This document shows, in pieces, positions 17,847 to 26,859 of a stretch of DNA of 55,068 nucleotides (positions are counted from its first letter, which is position 1; the number at the start of each line of letters is the position of its first letter). Origin of the DNA: an uncultured Gammaproteobacteria bacterium (GTDB taxonomy: Bacteria > Pseudomonadota > Gammaproteobacteria > Steroidobacterales > Rariloculaceae); contig CAYLKA010000008.1 in the NCBI GenBank assembly GCA_964384125.1, positions 2,999 to 58,066 of the forward strand, given 5' to 3'. Below the pieces are notes generated by a model. The model was not told where the DNA came from, searched no databases, and was given only the letters and a program-made list of their open reading frames with translations. Both the position numbers and the translations under genes were made by a program.

Positions 17847-18851
17847 ATGAAAGCAGTCATTCTCTCCCAGCACGGAAACTTGCAGGACCTCGAATACGTG
17901 AGCGACTTCCCGGACCCGACCATTCAGGACGGCCATGTCATCATCCGAGTGAAAGCGACATCGTTCAACTATCACGATGTTTTTACCGTTCACGGAATGC
18001 CGGGCATCAAGGTACCGATGCCTATGATCATAGGGCTCGATATGGCCGGCGAGATCATAGAGGTCGGGGCGGGCGTGAACGGCTGGAACGTGGGCGAGCG
18101 CGTACTCGTGAACCCAGTCAATCAGGGAAAAGGGCTCATGGGAGAAATGATGCATGGCGGTCTCGCAGAAAAGTGCCTCGTCGCCGAACATCAACTGATT
18201 CGCATGCCCTCCAAGGTATCGTTCGAGGATGCCGCCTCTTTGCCCGTGGCTTACGGCACCGCTCACCGGATGCTGATTACACACAACACGGTCAGGTCGG
18301 GCGACAAAGTCCTTGTCCTGGGCGCAAGCGGGGGCGTCGGCACCGGGTGTGTCATTCTCGCCAAGATGCTAGGCGCGGAGGTGATCGCGTGCACTTCGAG
18401 CGAGGAAAAAGCCGAACGCCTAAAGTCGCTTGGTTCGGATCACGTGATCAACCATCAGGAAGTAAACTTTTCCAAGTGGGTCATCGAGCACTTTGGCAAA
18501 CCGCAGCGGCGAACGCATGAGGGTGGGGTCGACGTCGTTATTAACTTTACCGGAGGGGATACCTGGGCACCGACACTGCGCTGCGTGAAGCGTGGTGGCA
18601 AGATACTCGTGTGCGGTGCAACCGCTGGCTACGACCCCAAAGAGGACCTACGCTACGTCTGGACTTTCGAATTGCAGATCAGGGGCTCGAACAGTTTTTA
18701 TGACGATGATTTACGGGCACTCCTCAGCCTTGTGAAAAACGGTAAAATTAAGCCCGTCATAGACGAGGTACTGCCGCTAGAACGCTCAGTCGAAGGCCTT
18801 CGGCGCATCGAAGACCGTGAGGTGTTCGGAAAAGTGATCGTCGCCCCCTAA
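17847..18851 (+). CDS. MDR-superfamily (quinone oxidoreductase-like) NAD(P)H-dependent oxidoreductase
   Basis: IIGLDMAGEI, GGLAE, LPVAYGTA, LGASGGVG, GKILVCGAT. Lacks the Zn-binding Cys cluster. Confidence 0.9.
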   Translation: MKAVILSQHGNLQDLEYVSDFPDPTIQDGHVIIRVKATSFNYHDVFTVHGMPGIKVPMPMIIGLDMAGEIIEVGAGVNGWNVGERVLVNPVNQGKGLMGEMMHGGLAEKCLVAEHQLIRMPSKVSFEDAASLPVAYGTAHRMLITHNTVRSGDKVLVLGASGGVGTGCVILAKMLGAEVIACTSSEEKAERLKSLGSDHVINHQEVNFSKWVIEHFGKPQRRTHEGGVDVVINFTGGDTWAPTLRCVKRGGKILVCGATAGYDPKEDLRYVWTFELQIRGSNSFYDDDLRALLSLVKNGKIKPVIDEVLPLERSVEGLRRIEDREVFGKVIVAP

Positions 18852-18872
18852 CCACTAAACGGCGATCCTCTG

Positions 18873-20402
18873 ATGACTGTTCACCAACCAGAGCCGCGTG
18901 GATATTCGGGTAATCTGGGATCACTTTTCGCAGAACATGCCGAAGAAGATCGAACCGCGCTTCTAGACCTACGAAATCCCCAGATCAGCCGGCCGGTAAC
19001 CTACCAAGAGCTCGACTCCACGTGTAACGCCGTCGCGCGCGGCCTAGCTCGCGAGGGACTGGGACCCGGCGATCGCGTTGGAATCCTTTCACTCAACAGA
19101 ACCGAATTTATCGCCACTCTACTCGGTGCCATGAGGGCCGGCATTATCCCGGTTCCAATCAACGTCAAATTCTCGGCTAACACGATCGCTTACATACTTG
19201 CCGACGCCAAAGCTCGAGTGGTTTTCGCGGAACCCGACCTCACTCCCTTGCTACCAACCGACATCCCCGTTGTGGAGTTCGACGGCGAGTTTGAACAGTT
19301 CCTTGACTCCGGACCGTTCGAACCCTTCGAGCCCAAGTCAGATTCCATCGCGATACAACCGTACACGTCGGGCTCGACTGGTCAGCCGAAAGGCGTCTTG
19401 CTAACCCACTATGGGCAAAACTGGAGCAGACGCATACTTGCCCACACGCGTAACACCACCGAAACCGATGTGATCCTGGTAGCCGCACCCCTGTACCACA
19501 AGAACGCATTGAACGCAGTCAAACAGGGCCTTACTGCGGGTGCGATGCTGCCATTGCTGCCACGGTTTTCGGTGGAACGCTACATCGACGCAATCGGACG
19601 TCATCGTTGCACGGTCATCTCCGGCGTGCCCACGATGATTTCGATGGTACTCGCATCCAAGGAGCTACTTACCGACACGGAAACCGGTTCGGTGCGCACG
19701 GTCATGATGGGCTCGGCGCCGTCTTCACCCCAACTACTTGCCGAGATCCGAAATCATTTCCCCAATGCTGAAGCGCTTGTCGTTTACGGCGTCACCGAGG
19801 GTGGTCCCGTGCCATTGGGGTCACACCCGCTGGGTAAGCCGCGGCCGCCCGGCTCATTGGGCGTGCCGTATGCTGGAACCGAGGCTAAGCTCGTCGGCGG
19901 CAGCTCAGCGAATGAAGGCGAGTTGGTGGTCAAGAATCCCGGCATCTTGGCTGCCTACCACAATCTCCCGGAGGAAACCGCCAAACGACTCCGAGGCGGG
20001 TGGTACTACACCGGGGATATCTGTCGGCGCGATGACGACGGTTTTTACTACTTCATCGGTCGTACCGATGACATGTTCGTGTGCGGCGGCGAGAATGTTT
20101 ACCCTATTGAGGTGGAGACGCTATTGGAGCGTCATCCGATGGTGCACCAATCCCTGGTTATGCCATTCGAGCACGACTTAAAGGGATATGTGCCCTATGC
20201 TTTCGTGGTCCCGCGCTCGGGCGCCCAGATCACAGAAGACGAAGCCAGACAATTTGCACTGGAGAACGGACCAGCGTACATGCATCCGAGACGTGTTTTC
20301 TTTCTCGAGCGGTTGCCGCTGACCGGCACCAACAAGGTGGATCGAGACCTGTTGAGAACTTGGGTTACCGAAAAGCGCCTCGATACGGCGGTCGGGGACT
20401 AA
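18873..20402 (+). CDS. Acyl/aryl-CoA ligase (class I adenylate-forming enzyme)
   Basis: YTSGSTGQPKG, YGVTEG, WYYTGD, GRTDDMFVCGGENVYP.E.E, LPLTGTNKVDR. Confidence 0.93.
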   Translation: MTVHQPEPRGYSGNLGSLFAEHAEEDRTALLDLRNPQISRPVTYQELDSTCNAVARGLAREGLGPGDRVGILSLNRTEFIATLLGAMRAGIIPVPINVKFSANTIAYILADAKARVVFAEPDLTPLLPTDIPVVEFDGEFEQFLDSGPFEPFEPKSDSIAIQPYTSGSTGQPKGVLLTHYGQNWSRRILAHTRNTTETDVILVAAPLYHKNALNAVKQGLTAGAMLPLLPRFSVERYIDAIGRHRCTVISGVPTMISMVLASKELLTDTETGSVRTVMMGSAPSSPQLLAEIRNHFPNAEALVVYGVTEGGPVPLGSHPLGKPRPPGSLGVPYAGTEAKLVGGSSANEGELVVKNPGILAAYHNLPEETAKRLRGGWYYTGDICRRDDDGFYYFIGRTDDMFVCGGENVYPIEVETLLERHPMVHQSLVMPFEHDLKGYVPYAFVVPRSGAQITEDEARQFALENGPAYMHPRRVFFLERLPLTGTNKVDRDLLRTWVTEKRLDTAVGD

Positions 20403-20443
20403 ACCGACACTGATTAAGAGTGAGTTAAGCGAGGCGTTAATAG

Positions 20444-20866
20444 ATGACTAAACAGGTAATTGGCGTGGAATCCCTGCAAGAGCTCCTTTCACGTGGGCCC
20501 TTCAACCAGTGGCTGAATTTCACCGTGCTAAGCGCTGATGAAGAAGGCATTGAAGTCCAGGTGACCTGGCGGGAGGAATGGGTCGTCAACCCGGACCGCC
20601 GCTACACGCATGGCGGCATCCTTGCCGCGATCGTAGACACCGCTGCTGATTACGCAATCGCGGCCAACCTCGGGCGCCCCGTACCTACGATAAGTGTTAG
20701 GGTCGACTACCACAAAGCGGCCATGCCAGGGGACCTGATCGCGAAAGCGCGAGTCGTCCGGATGGGAAGCCAGTACTCCACGGCGGAAGCTTACGTCTAT
20801 GACACGGATGACAACCTGGTGGCCAGTGGACGCGGAACCTATTTCACAGCGCCGCCGCGATCATGA
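20444..20866 (+). CDS. PaaI-family hotdog thioesterase
   Basis: NP...THGGILAAIVDTA motif; 140 aa. Confidence 0.9.
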   Translation: MTKQVIGVESLQELLSRGPFNQWLNFTVLSADEEGIEVQVTWREEWVVNPDRRYTHGGILAAIVDTAADYAIAANLGRPVPTISVRVDYHKAAMPGDLIAKARVVRMGSQYSTAEAYVYDTDDNLVASGRGTYFTAPPRS

Positions 20867-20908
20867 GCTTAATCAAACCAGACGTGTGAAACAGAGTTGC
20901 AATCCGGT

Positions 20909-22534
20909 ATGAATAATTCAGATACGAAACACGAGAACTTCCGCGAATTCTTGGACCGACTGCGCTCTGAGCACGAGCTCGTAGACATCAAGCAAGCAGT
21001 CGACATCCGACACATCGCTACCCTCGTAGATCAAGCGGACACAGCCCTCCTCTTTCATAACGTGAACGGATACGAGATTCCAGTCGTCTCCGGCATCCTC
21101 CGCTCACGCAACCGCGCCACTCTGTCCATGGGTTGCAGCGATTACTCCGAAATTGAGCACCGACTGGCACAAGGTATAGAGAATCCGATCTCACCACGAC
21201 AGGTCGAGACTTCCAGCAACAAACAAGTCATCGAGATCGGGGACGACGTGGATCTCTATCGCCTGCCGATTCCCATGTCATCCATCTATGACGGTGGACC
21301 TATGATCACCGCTGGGGTCGTGATCGCAAGGGATCCGGAATACGGTTTCAACTCCGGGATGTATCGCTTTATGGTCAAGGAGCGGAACCTCACCGGTATC
21401 GACATCGTCACGCCCAACAACATGCGGCTGTTCGCACAGCGCGCCCATGAAGCGGGCAAGCCCTGCCCGATCTCGATCTCGATCGGTACGCACCCGTTCG
21501 AGATCATGGGCTCCGGTTTCCGATCACCACTCGGAGTCGACGAGATGGCCATCGCGGGCGGCATCCGGGGTGCGCCGGTGGAACTTGCGCAGTGCGAGAC
21601 CCTGGATCTACCGTGTATCGCCGACGCAGAGATCGTGCTTGAGGCCGAGATACTTCCCACCGGTTGGGTGCATCCCGAGGGCCGTTTCGGCGAGTTCACG
21701 CGCCTCATGGGTGGGCTCCACTGGAACCCGTTGGTGAAAGTAAAGGCCATCACGATGCGCAAGAACGCTGTCTACTATGCGTTGCACATGCCGTGGGAGA
21801 ACACCTGGCTGGCAGCACCCACTCGTTACACGGCGATTCGTAGAGCATTGAAGAGTGCCGGCATCGACGTCAAAGACATCAATGTGACGCTTGGTGGCTG
21901 CGGGTTCTGGCACGCTATCGTGTCTATCAGGAAACAAGCCGGCGAAGGCAAAAACGCCCTCCTCGCAGCATTGACCGCTCAGGACATAAAGCACGTCGTG
22001 GTCGTCGATGACGACATCGATGTTAACGACGCAACGAATGTCGAGTGGGCCATCGCCACCCGCGTACAAGGAGACAGAGACGTGATCGTCGTGCCCGGCG
22101 CGCGGGCAAAACCTCTAGATCCAAGTCTTCCCGTCACACCTCCCGGCGTTGTACCGACAGGAGCAAAAGTGGGGATAGATGCCACTATCGGCGAAGGAAT
22201 TCCTCGCGAGCGTTTTGAACGCATCGCGTACGCGTATGCCGACCGGGCCAAGATCGGTGAATATCTCAGCGGCAAGACCGATAACCCGTTAAAGCAACCA
22301 AGACACGACGACACGCTCACGGCCAAACTGGCGCAAGAAATCCTAAAACTGATCGAGGACGAGCCCAGGTATTACCAGGAGATCGCAGAGCATTTATCAA
22401 AATATGAGTTCCAAGTAGTGGCGCGCGCAATGGGCCAACTTCACGCCGAAGAAAAGCTCTGGCAGGACGAACGTGGCCGCGCCTGTGTGCGCGACTCCGA
22501 TCACGCGGCAAAAGCACCGGTAAAGTCCCACTAG
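20909..22534 (+). CDS. UbiD-family (prFMN-dependent) decarboxylase, copy 2, with a C-terminal extension
   Basis: FREFLDRL..E, DLYRLPIP...DGGPMIT, NSGMYR, AEIVLE, EGRFGEF, VVVDDDID..VEWAIATR, LDPS, KVGIDAT; about 90 extra C-terminal residues. Confidence 0.92.
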   Translation: MNNSDTKHENFREFLDRLRSEHELVDIKQAVDIRHIATLVDQADTALLFHNVNGYEIPVVSGILRSRNRATLSMGCSDYSEIEHRLAQGIENPISPRQVETSSNKQVIEIGDDVDLYRLPIPMSSIYDGGPMITAGVVIARDPEYGFNSGMYRFMVKERNLTGIDIVTPNNMRLFAQRAHEAGKPCPISISIGTHPFEIMGSGFRSPLGVDEMAIAGGIRGAPVELAQCETLDLPCIADAEIVLEAEILPTGWVHPEGRFGEFTRLMGGLHWNPLVKVKAITMRKNAVYYALHMPWENTWLAAPTRYTAIRRALKSAGIDVKDINVTLGGCGFWHAIVSIRKQAGEGKNALLAALTAQDIKHVVVVDDDIDVNDATNVEWAIATRVQGDRDVIVVPGARAKPLDPSLPVTPPGVVPTGAKVGIDATIGEGIPRERFERIAYAYADRAKIGEYLSGKTDNPLKQPRHDDTLTAKLAQEILKLIEDEPRYYQEIAEHLSKYEFQVVARAMGQLHAEEKLWQDERGRACVRDSDHAAKAPVKSH

Positions 22535-22568
22535 CATCGGAGCACTGCGTCTCCGACGCACTCACGAT

Positions 22569-23501
22569 ATGCCCACCTCGATCGCCGCCGCACAGGTCCC
22601 CGCTCCCGGCGAGCTAAACGTGGACCACGTGGCACACTTCGTACCGAAAATGGACAACGCGCGTCTCGAACTCGAGCGACTCGGCTTCAAGGTGACGCCT
22701 TTTTCATCCCAATCGCACCGTACCCAACCCGATCATCCACTGGAGCCTGCGGGCGCCGGAAACTGTTGCGTCATGCTTGAGCGTGGCTATCTCGAGTTCC
22801 TAACGCCAACAGGCGACACGCCGATCGCCGCTCAGCTTCGCGCCGGTATACAACGATACGTGGGCATGCACCTGATCGCCTTCGGTAGCGCTTCGCCCAA
22901 GGAGGACCATGCGCGCTTAGCCCAAGCAGATTTCTCCCCACTTGAGCCTCTTGCGCTACAGCGCTCGATCGACACAGAGTCTAGCGAGGAAACCGCTCGT
23001 TTCACGGTCGTGCGCGTGCCGCCGGGGACGATGGCCGAAGGCCGCATCCAGTTCTGCCAACATCTGACACCGCAATGGCTATGGCAAGATCGCTGGCTCG
23101 AGCACCCCAACCATGCGGTCGCATTGAAGGGAGTCATCGTGTGCGTAGCTGATCCCCGGGAGGCGGCAGAGCGTTTCGGTCGCTTTACCGGATTGGCCCC
23201 GATAACAAGCGGCAATTGGCACTGCGTCTTAACCAGTCGAGGTTATTTGCTTTTCGCCGACGCTACGAACCTAACGCGGCGATTCTCCGTCACCCCCCCC
23301 TCGCTGCCATGGCTTGCCGGTTATGTTCTCGAGAGCCGAGACCTCGAAGCGACGGCCAACCATCTCCAAATCTCGGGAGTTCAGCCCCGGACGCTGGACC
23401 ATGGGCGAGTACTGGTGGAGCTACAACCAGAACTGGGAGGGATCGCGATCTTTGAGGCCGCGAATTCCGAGATGCTAGACTTCGGTGGATATGTCGATTA
23501 A
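22569..23501 (+). CDS. VOC/glyoxalase-like family protein
   Basis: VDHVAHFV..LERLGF, N..V.L..GYLEFL, EHPN.A..L. Confidence 0.85.
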   Translation: MPTSIAAAQVPAPGELNVDHVAHFVPKMDNARLELERLGFKVTPFSSQSHRTQPDHPLEPAGAGNCCVMLERGYLEFLTPTGDTPIAAQLRAGIQRYVGMHLIAFGSASPKEDHARLAQADFSPLEPLALQRSIDTESSEETARFTVVRVPPGTMAEGRIQFCQHLTPQWLWQDRWLEHPNHAVALKGVIVCVADPREAAERFGRFTGLAPITSGNWHCVLTSRGYLLFADATNLTRRFSVTPPSLPWLAGYVLESRDLEATANHLQISGVQPRTLDHGRVLVELQPELGGIAIFEAANSEMLDFGGYVD

Positions 23502-24498
23502 ATCAAGAAGCCTTTTTATCGCCTGGATAGGCGCGGGGATTATCTTCGCAGCTCCCATTCACGCCGTGCACGCCCAACTTGGGCAGGTGACCATTGGCAC
23601 TAATCCGGCGGGCACTCATTCCTATGTGGTGGCCGGAGCGGTGGCTCGACTGTTGCAGAACGAGACCGGCATTCGATCGATCATCCGACCTTTCTCTGGA
23701 TCATCGGTCTACATGCCTTTGTTGCACAGAGGCGAGATCACACTGGGCATGAACACGAATATCGACTCGTATCTCGTCTACAACGGCCGCGAACCCTACA
23801 ACGTGGCCATGTCCAATGTGCGCCTTCTAACCCGAGCGTTCCCGCTTTATATGATGTACATGGTGCGCGGCGATTCGGACCTTCACCGCATCGAGGATCT
23901 ACGAGGCCGAAGAGTAGTTGTCAGCATTCGTGCCAACCGCGCACTGGAGTTTTTGTTTAGGGCCATTCTCGCTACGGGCGGATTGAGCGGGACTGACTTC
24001 GATGAGATTACCGTGGGCGGCTTGGCAGACGGCGCAAGACTGTTGACTGAAGGCCGGGTGGACGCGGTCGCCATCGGCGTGGACACCGCTCTCACCCTGC
24101 AGGCACATGCCACCATCGACGGCGGCGTTCGCTACCTCACCATGGGTCAGGATGAATCCCGGCTCTCCGAGCTGATGCCGGGCTCCAAGGTGTCCCCTGC
24201 GCCGCTGGGACCCGTCACCGAAAGTATCGGCGGAGTCCCTCGGGTCTCGGAGATAAGCCACTACGTCAATACGGGCGTTCATCTAGCGGAGCAAGACGCC
24301 TACTTGCTTACCAAGACTATCCACGAGAATTGGCAGATGCTTCGTGACAATTTCGCTATGCTGGCCAACATGCCACCCGAAGGGCTAGCCCCCGCAGATA
24401 ACCCAATCCCCTACCACGAAGGTGCGATCAGATATTTCAGAGAGGTGGGCGTGTGGACCGAAGAGCATCAAAATAATCAGGCAGGACTCCTGGAGTAA
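23491..24498 (+). CDS. TAXI-family TRAP transporter solute-binding subunit
   Basis: Signal peptide; TIGTNPAGT, GSS, DLRGRRV, L.EGRVDA, IPYHEGAIRYFREVG. Confidence 0.88.
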   Translation: MSIKSRSLFIAWIGAGIIFAAPIHAVHAQLGQVTIGTNPAGTHSYVVAGAVARLLQNETGIRSIIRPFSGSSVYMPLLHRGEITLGMNTNIDSYLVYNGREPYNVAMSNVRLLTRAFPLYMMYMVRGDSDLHRIEDLRGRRVVVSIRANRALEFLFRAILATGGLSGTDFDEITVGGLADGARLLTEGRVDAVAIGVDTALTLQAHATIDGGVRYLTMGQDESRLSELMPGSKVSPAPLGPVTESIGGVPRVSEISHYVNTGVHLAEQDAYLLTKTIHENWQMLRDNFAMLANMPPEGLAPADNPIPYHEGAIRYFREVGVWTEEHQNNQAGLLE

Positions 24499-24503
24499 TA
24501 TTA

Positions 24504-25586
24504 GTGAACACAATTTCAAAAAATGTAGTCAATATTGACCGACGGCGTGTACTGACAGCTGTAGCAGGCGCCGCAGTAGCACCTTTTATTTCCCGACTTG
24601 CCTCCGCACAAGAGACAATGTCACTTGAGGCGATTACCTCAGCCCCAACAAGCCGTGACTGGTCAGGACAAAACCCTATTCGTTACCCTGATCCAGATGT
24701 AATTGCTCTAGATGAGCGTTTCAATCAATACATAGTCGGAAATACCACAATACAAAAACTGTATAGCGGGTCACTCTGGTCTGAAGGCCCAGCCTGGAAC
24801 GGAGTGGGCCGTTATCTTGTATGGAGTGACATTCCGAACAATCTTCAGCGCCGTTGGATAGAGGACGATGGGCGTGTTGCAGTGTTTCGTCATCCCTCTG
24901 GCAACAGCAATGGCAATACGTTTGACTTCAGCGGGAGACAGCTATCATGTGAGCATGGAGGACGACGGGTGGCTCGCTATGAAACCGATGGCACAGTCAC
25001 GACGATAGCTGATCAATATAACGGTAACCGACTCAATTCTCCCAATGATGTGGTTGTCCATCCAGATGGCAGCATCTGGTTTACTGACCCTCCCTACGGA
25101 ATCAGACGCAGCCAATATGAAGGCTTCTATGCTGAGTCAGAAACAAAGCCTGCTGTTTACAGAGTTGATGGTGAGACCGGGCAAATCGCGATGGTAACGG
25201 ATGAAGTAGTAGGCCCTAACGGACTGTGTTTTTCCCCAGATTATTCTCTGTTATATGTTGCAGACACAGGATCTCGTCCCCGGGAAATAAAGGTCTGGGA
25301 TGTTGACGGGACAACGCTTCGTAACGGCAGAGAATTTGCCCAAATTAACGTCCCTAATGCTGGAGCTGATGGTATTCGTTGCGATACTGATGGAAATATA
25401 TGGGCAGGAGTCCCCTTTGGGGTCCAGATTATTGCTCCAGACGGTGATGCGATTGGAGTAATCCGACTACCTGAGCGTTGCGCCAACATATGCTTTGGAG
25501 GCGCAAAAAGAAACCGCCTCTTCATGGTGGCCAGTCAATCACTCTATTCCGTCTATGTCGGTGCTGCAGGTGCACATATCTGCTAG
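24504..25586 (+). CDS. SMP-30/gluconolactonase/LRE-family protein, Tat-exported
   Basis: DRRRVL Tat motif; WSEGPAW, WSDIPN, SNGNTFD, LNSPNDVVV, PNGLCFSPD, ADGIRCD, ANICFGG. Confidence 0.92.
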   Translation: MNTISKNVVNIDRRRVLTAVAGAAVAPFISRLASAQETMSLEAITSAPTSRDWSGQNPIRYPDPDVIALDERFNQYIVGNTTIQKLYSGSLWSEGPAWNGVGRYLVWSDIPNNLQRRWIEDDGRVAVFRHPSGNSNGNTFDFSGRQLSCEHGGRRVARYETDGTVTTIADQYNGNRLNSPNDVVVHPDGSIWFTDPPYGIRRSQYEGFYAESETKPAVYRVDGETGQIAMVTDEVVGPNGLCFSPDYSLLYVADTGSRPREIKVWDVDGTTLRNGREFAQINVPNAGADGIRCDTDGNIWAGVPFGVQIIAPDGDAIGVIRLPERCANICFGGAKRNRLFMVASQSLYSVYVGAAGAHIC

Positions 25587-25679
25587 CCAGCTCGCGCGCG
25601 ATGTTGGCCAGAAGGCGGCTCTCAGTGCCATAATGCCAGAGTCCGATTCGCGCCCGGTCAACGACGTTATAGAGGCCAT

Positions 25680-26462
25680 TTGAGAACCCAACCGCGCATG
25701 CCCGCAGGAATTGCCGCCGTGACCGAAATCGTGGTCGCGGCGACCCTCTGGCTAAACGTCGCCGAAGGGCAAGGAGCAGATTCCCGGCTCGAAGGTCCAC
25801 CCACCGCCGAGTTTCACTTCGCACGGCTCTGGTACAACCAGAACCCCTCGAGCCGTCGCGGCTGGGGCGGGGGCTGGAGAACCGATTACGCCGATGCCGA
25901 ATACCACCTCATGCAGGGCATCAACCGGCTCACGCGGGTGGATGGGCAATCTGTCGAGTGGTCCGGGGAGGGGGGACGCATTATCCAACTCACCGACGAT
26001 AGGGTGTTCGACTACCCATGGCTCTACGCCGTCGAAGTGGGGCAGTGGTATCTGAGCGATTCCGAAGCGGCACGGATGCGAGAGTATCTTGACCGCGGCG
26101 GATTCCTGATAGTGGACGATTTCTGGGGCCCCTATGAGTGGTCCGTTTTCGTGGAATCAATGTTACGAGTGTTTCCAGATCGCCCCATCGTCGAGCTCGG
26201 CGAAGATCACGCCCTGCTACACGTGCTATACGATCTCGACCAGCGAACCCAGATTCCAGGTAGAGGAGGAAATCGCCGTGGAACTGTGCCCCACTGGCGC
26301 GGCATCTTCGACGACGAGAACCGGCTAGTGGTCGCCATCAACTTCAACATGGACATGGGCGATGCGTGGGAACACGCGGACGACCCCTGGTATCCGGAAC
26401 CTTATACCGCCCTCGCTTATCGCTTCGCCGTCAACTACCTGATCTACTCAATGACTCATTGA
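25680..26462 (+). CDS. DUF4159-domain protein
   Basis: EFHFARL.Y, W.TDY..AE, YPWLYAVEVG, YLDRGGFLIVDDFWG, N.DMGDAWE. Start uncertain (TTG 25680 or ATG 25698). Confidence 0.82.
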   Translation: MRTQPRMPAGIAAVTEIVVAATLWLNVAEGQGADSRLEGPPTAEFHFARLWYNQNPSSRRGWGGGWRTDYADAEYHLMQGINRLTRVDGQSVEWSGEGGRIIQLTDDRVFDYPWLYAVEVGQWYLSDSEAARMREYLDRGGFLIVDDFWGPYEWSVFVESMLRVFPDRPIVELGEDHALLHVLYDLDQRTQIPGRGGNRRGTVPHWRGIFDDENRLVVAINFNMDMGDAWEHADDPWYPEPYTALAYRFAVNYLIYSMTH

Positions 26463-26625
26463 CACCTCGGCGAACCTGCCCGCGGACAAAGACCCCTCGC
26501 AAACTTATCGAATCGCGATCTACTGCGACAGCTACGCCACAACCAGTCGAAACCGACGTAGAAAACTACTTCCTAGGGGTCGAAATGAGCCGAACCTGGA
26601 GGGCAGATACTAGCTGAAGGGAAGT

Positions 26626-26697
26626 GCCACCGGGCACCCGCGGTATGACCTCATTTCTCTGGGGGAGTTTAAATGAAGAGCGGGGACCCGGTGACGG
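26626..26697 (-). ncRNA. Candidate small structured RNA (element B) with a CUCCCCC apical loop
   Basis: GUCACCGGGUCCCCGC/GCGGGUGCCCGGUGGC stem (15 of 16 positions paired, 2 G-U), inner CUUCAUUU/AAAUGAGG stem; begins just after a sigma70-like promoter. Confidence 0.55.
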
Positions 26698-26703
26698 CGT
26701 CGC

Positions 26704-26732
26704 ATCCTACAGAGATGCAATCGATTGCGCAA
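26704..26732 (-). promoter_or_regulatory. Sigma70-like promoter with an overlapping LacI-type operator
   Basis: TTGCGC (26732-26727), 17 nt, TAGGAT (26709-26704); perfect palindrome GCAATCGATTGC at 26717-26728. Confidence 0.55.
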
Positions 26733-26859
26733 GAGGTCTTTTTTCTGGCCCCGGCTGCACGTTTCTCGGACCTATTCCGGCACCAGCCTCAAGGTACCCG
26801 GTCGGTGTCGAGCGACCCGAATGCCCCGGCAGTCACGGCAGATCACTCGGGTCAGCGAC

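Noticed and set aside
17748-18284. 178-aa minus-strand ORF ending in ARVTH-ARVTH
   Set aside because: It is the antisense shadow of the MDR gene; the peptide repeat arises from the 15-nt DNA repeat reported as a candidate operator.
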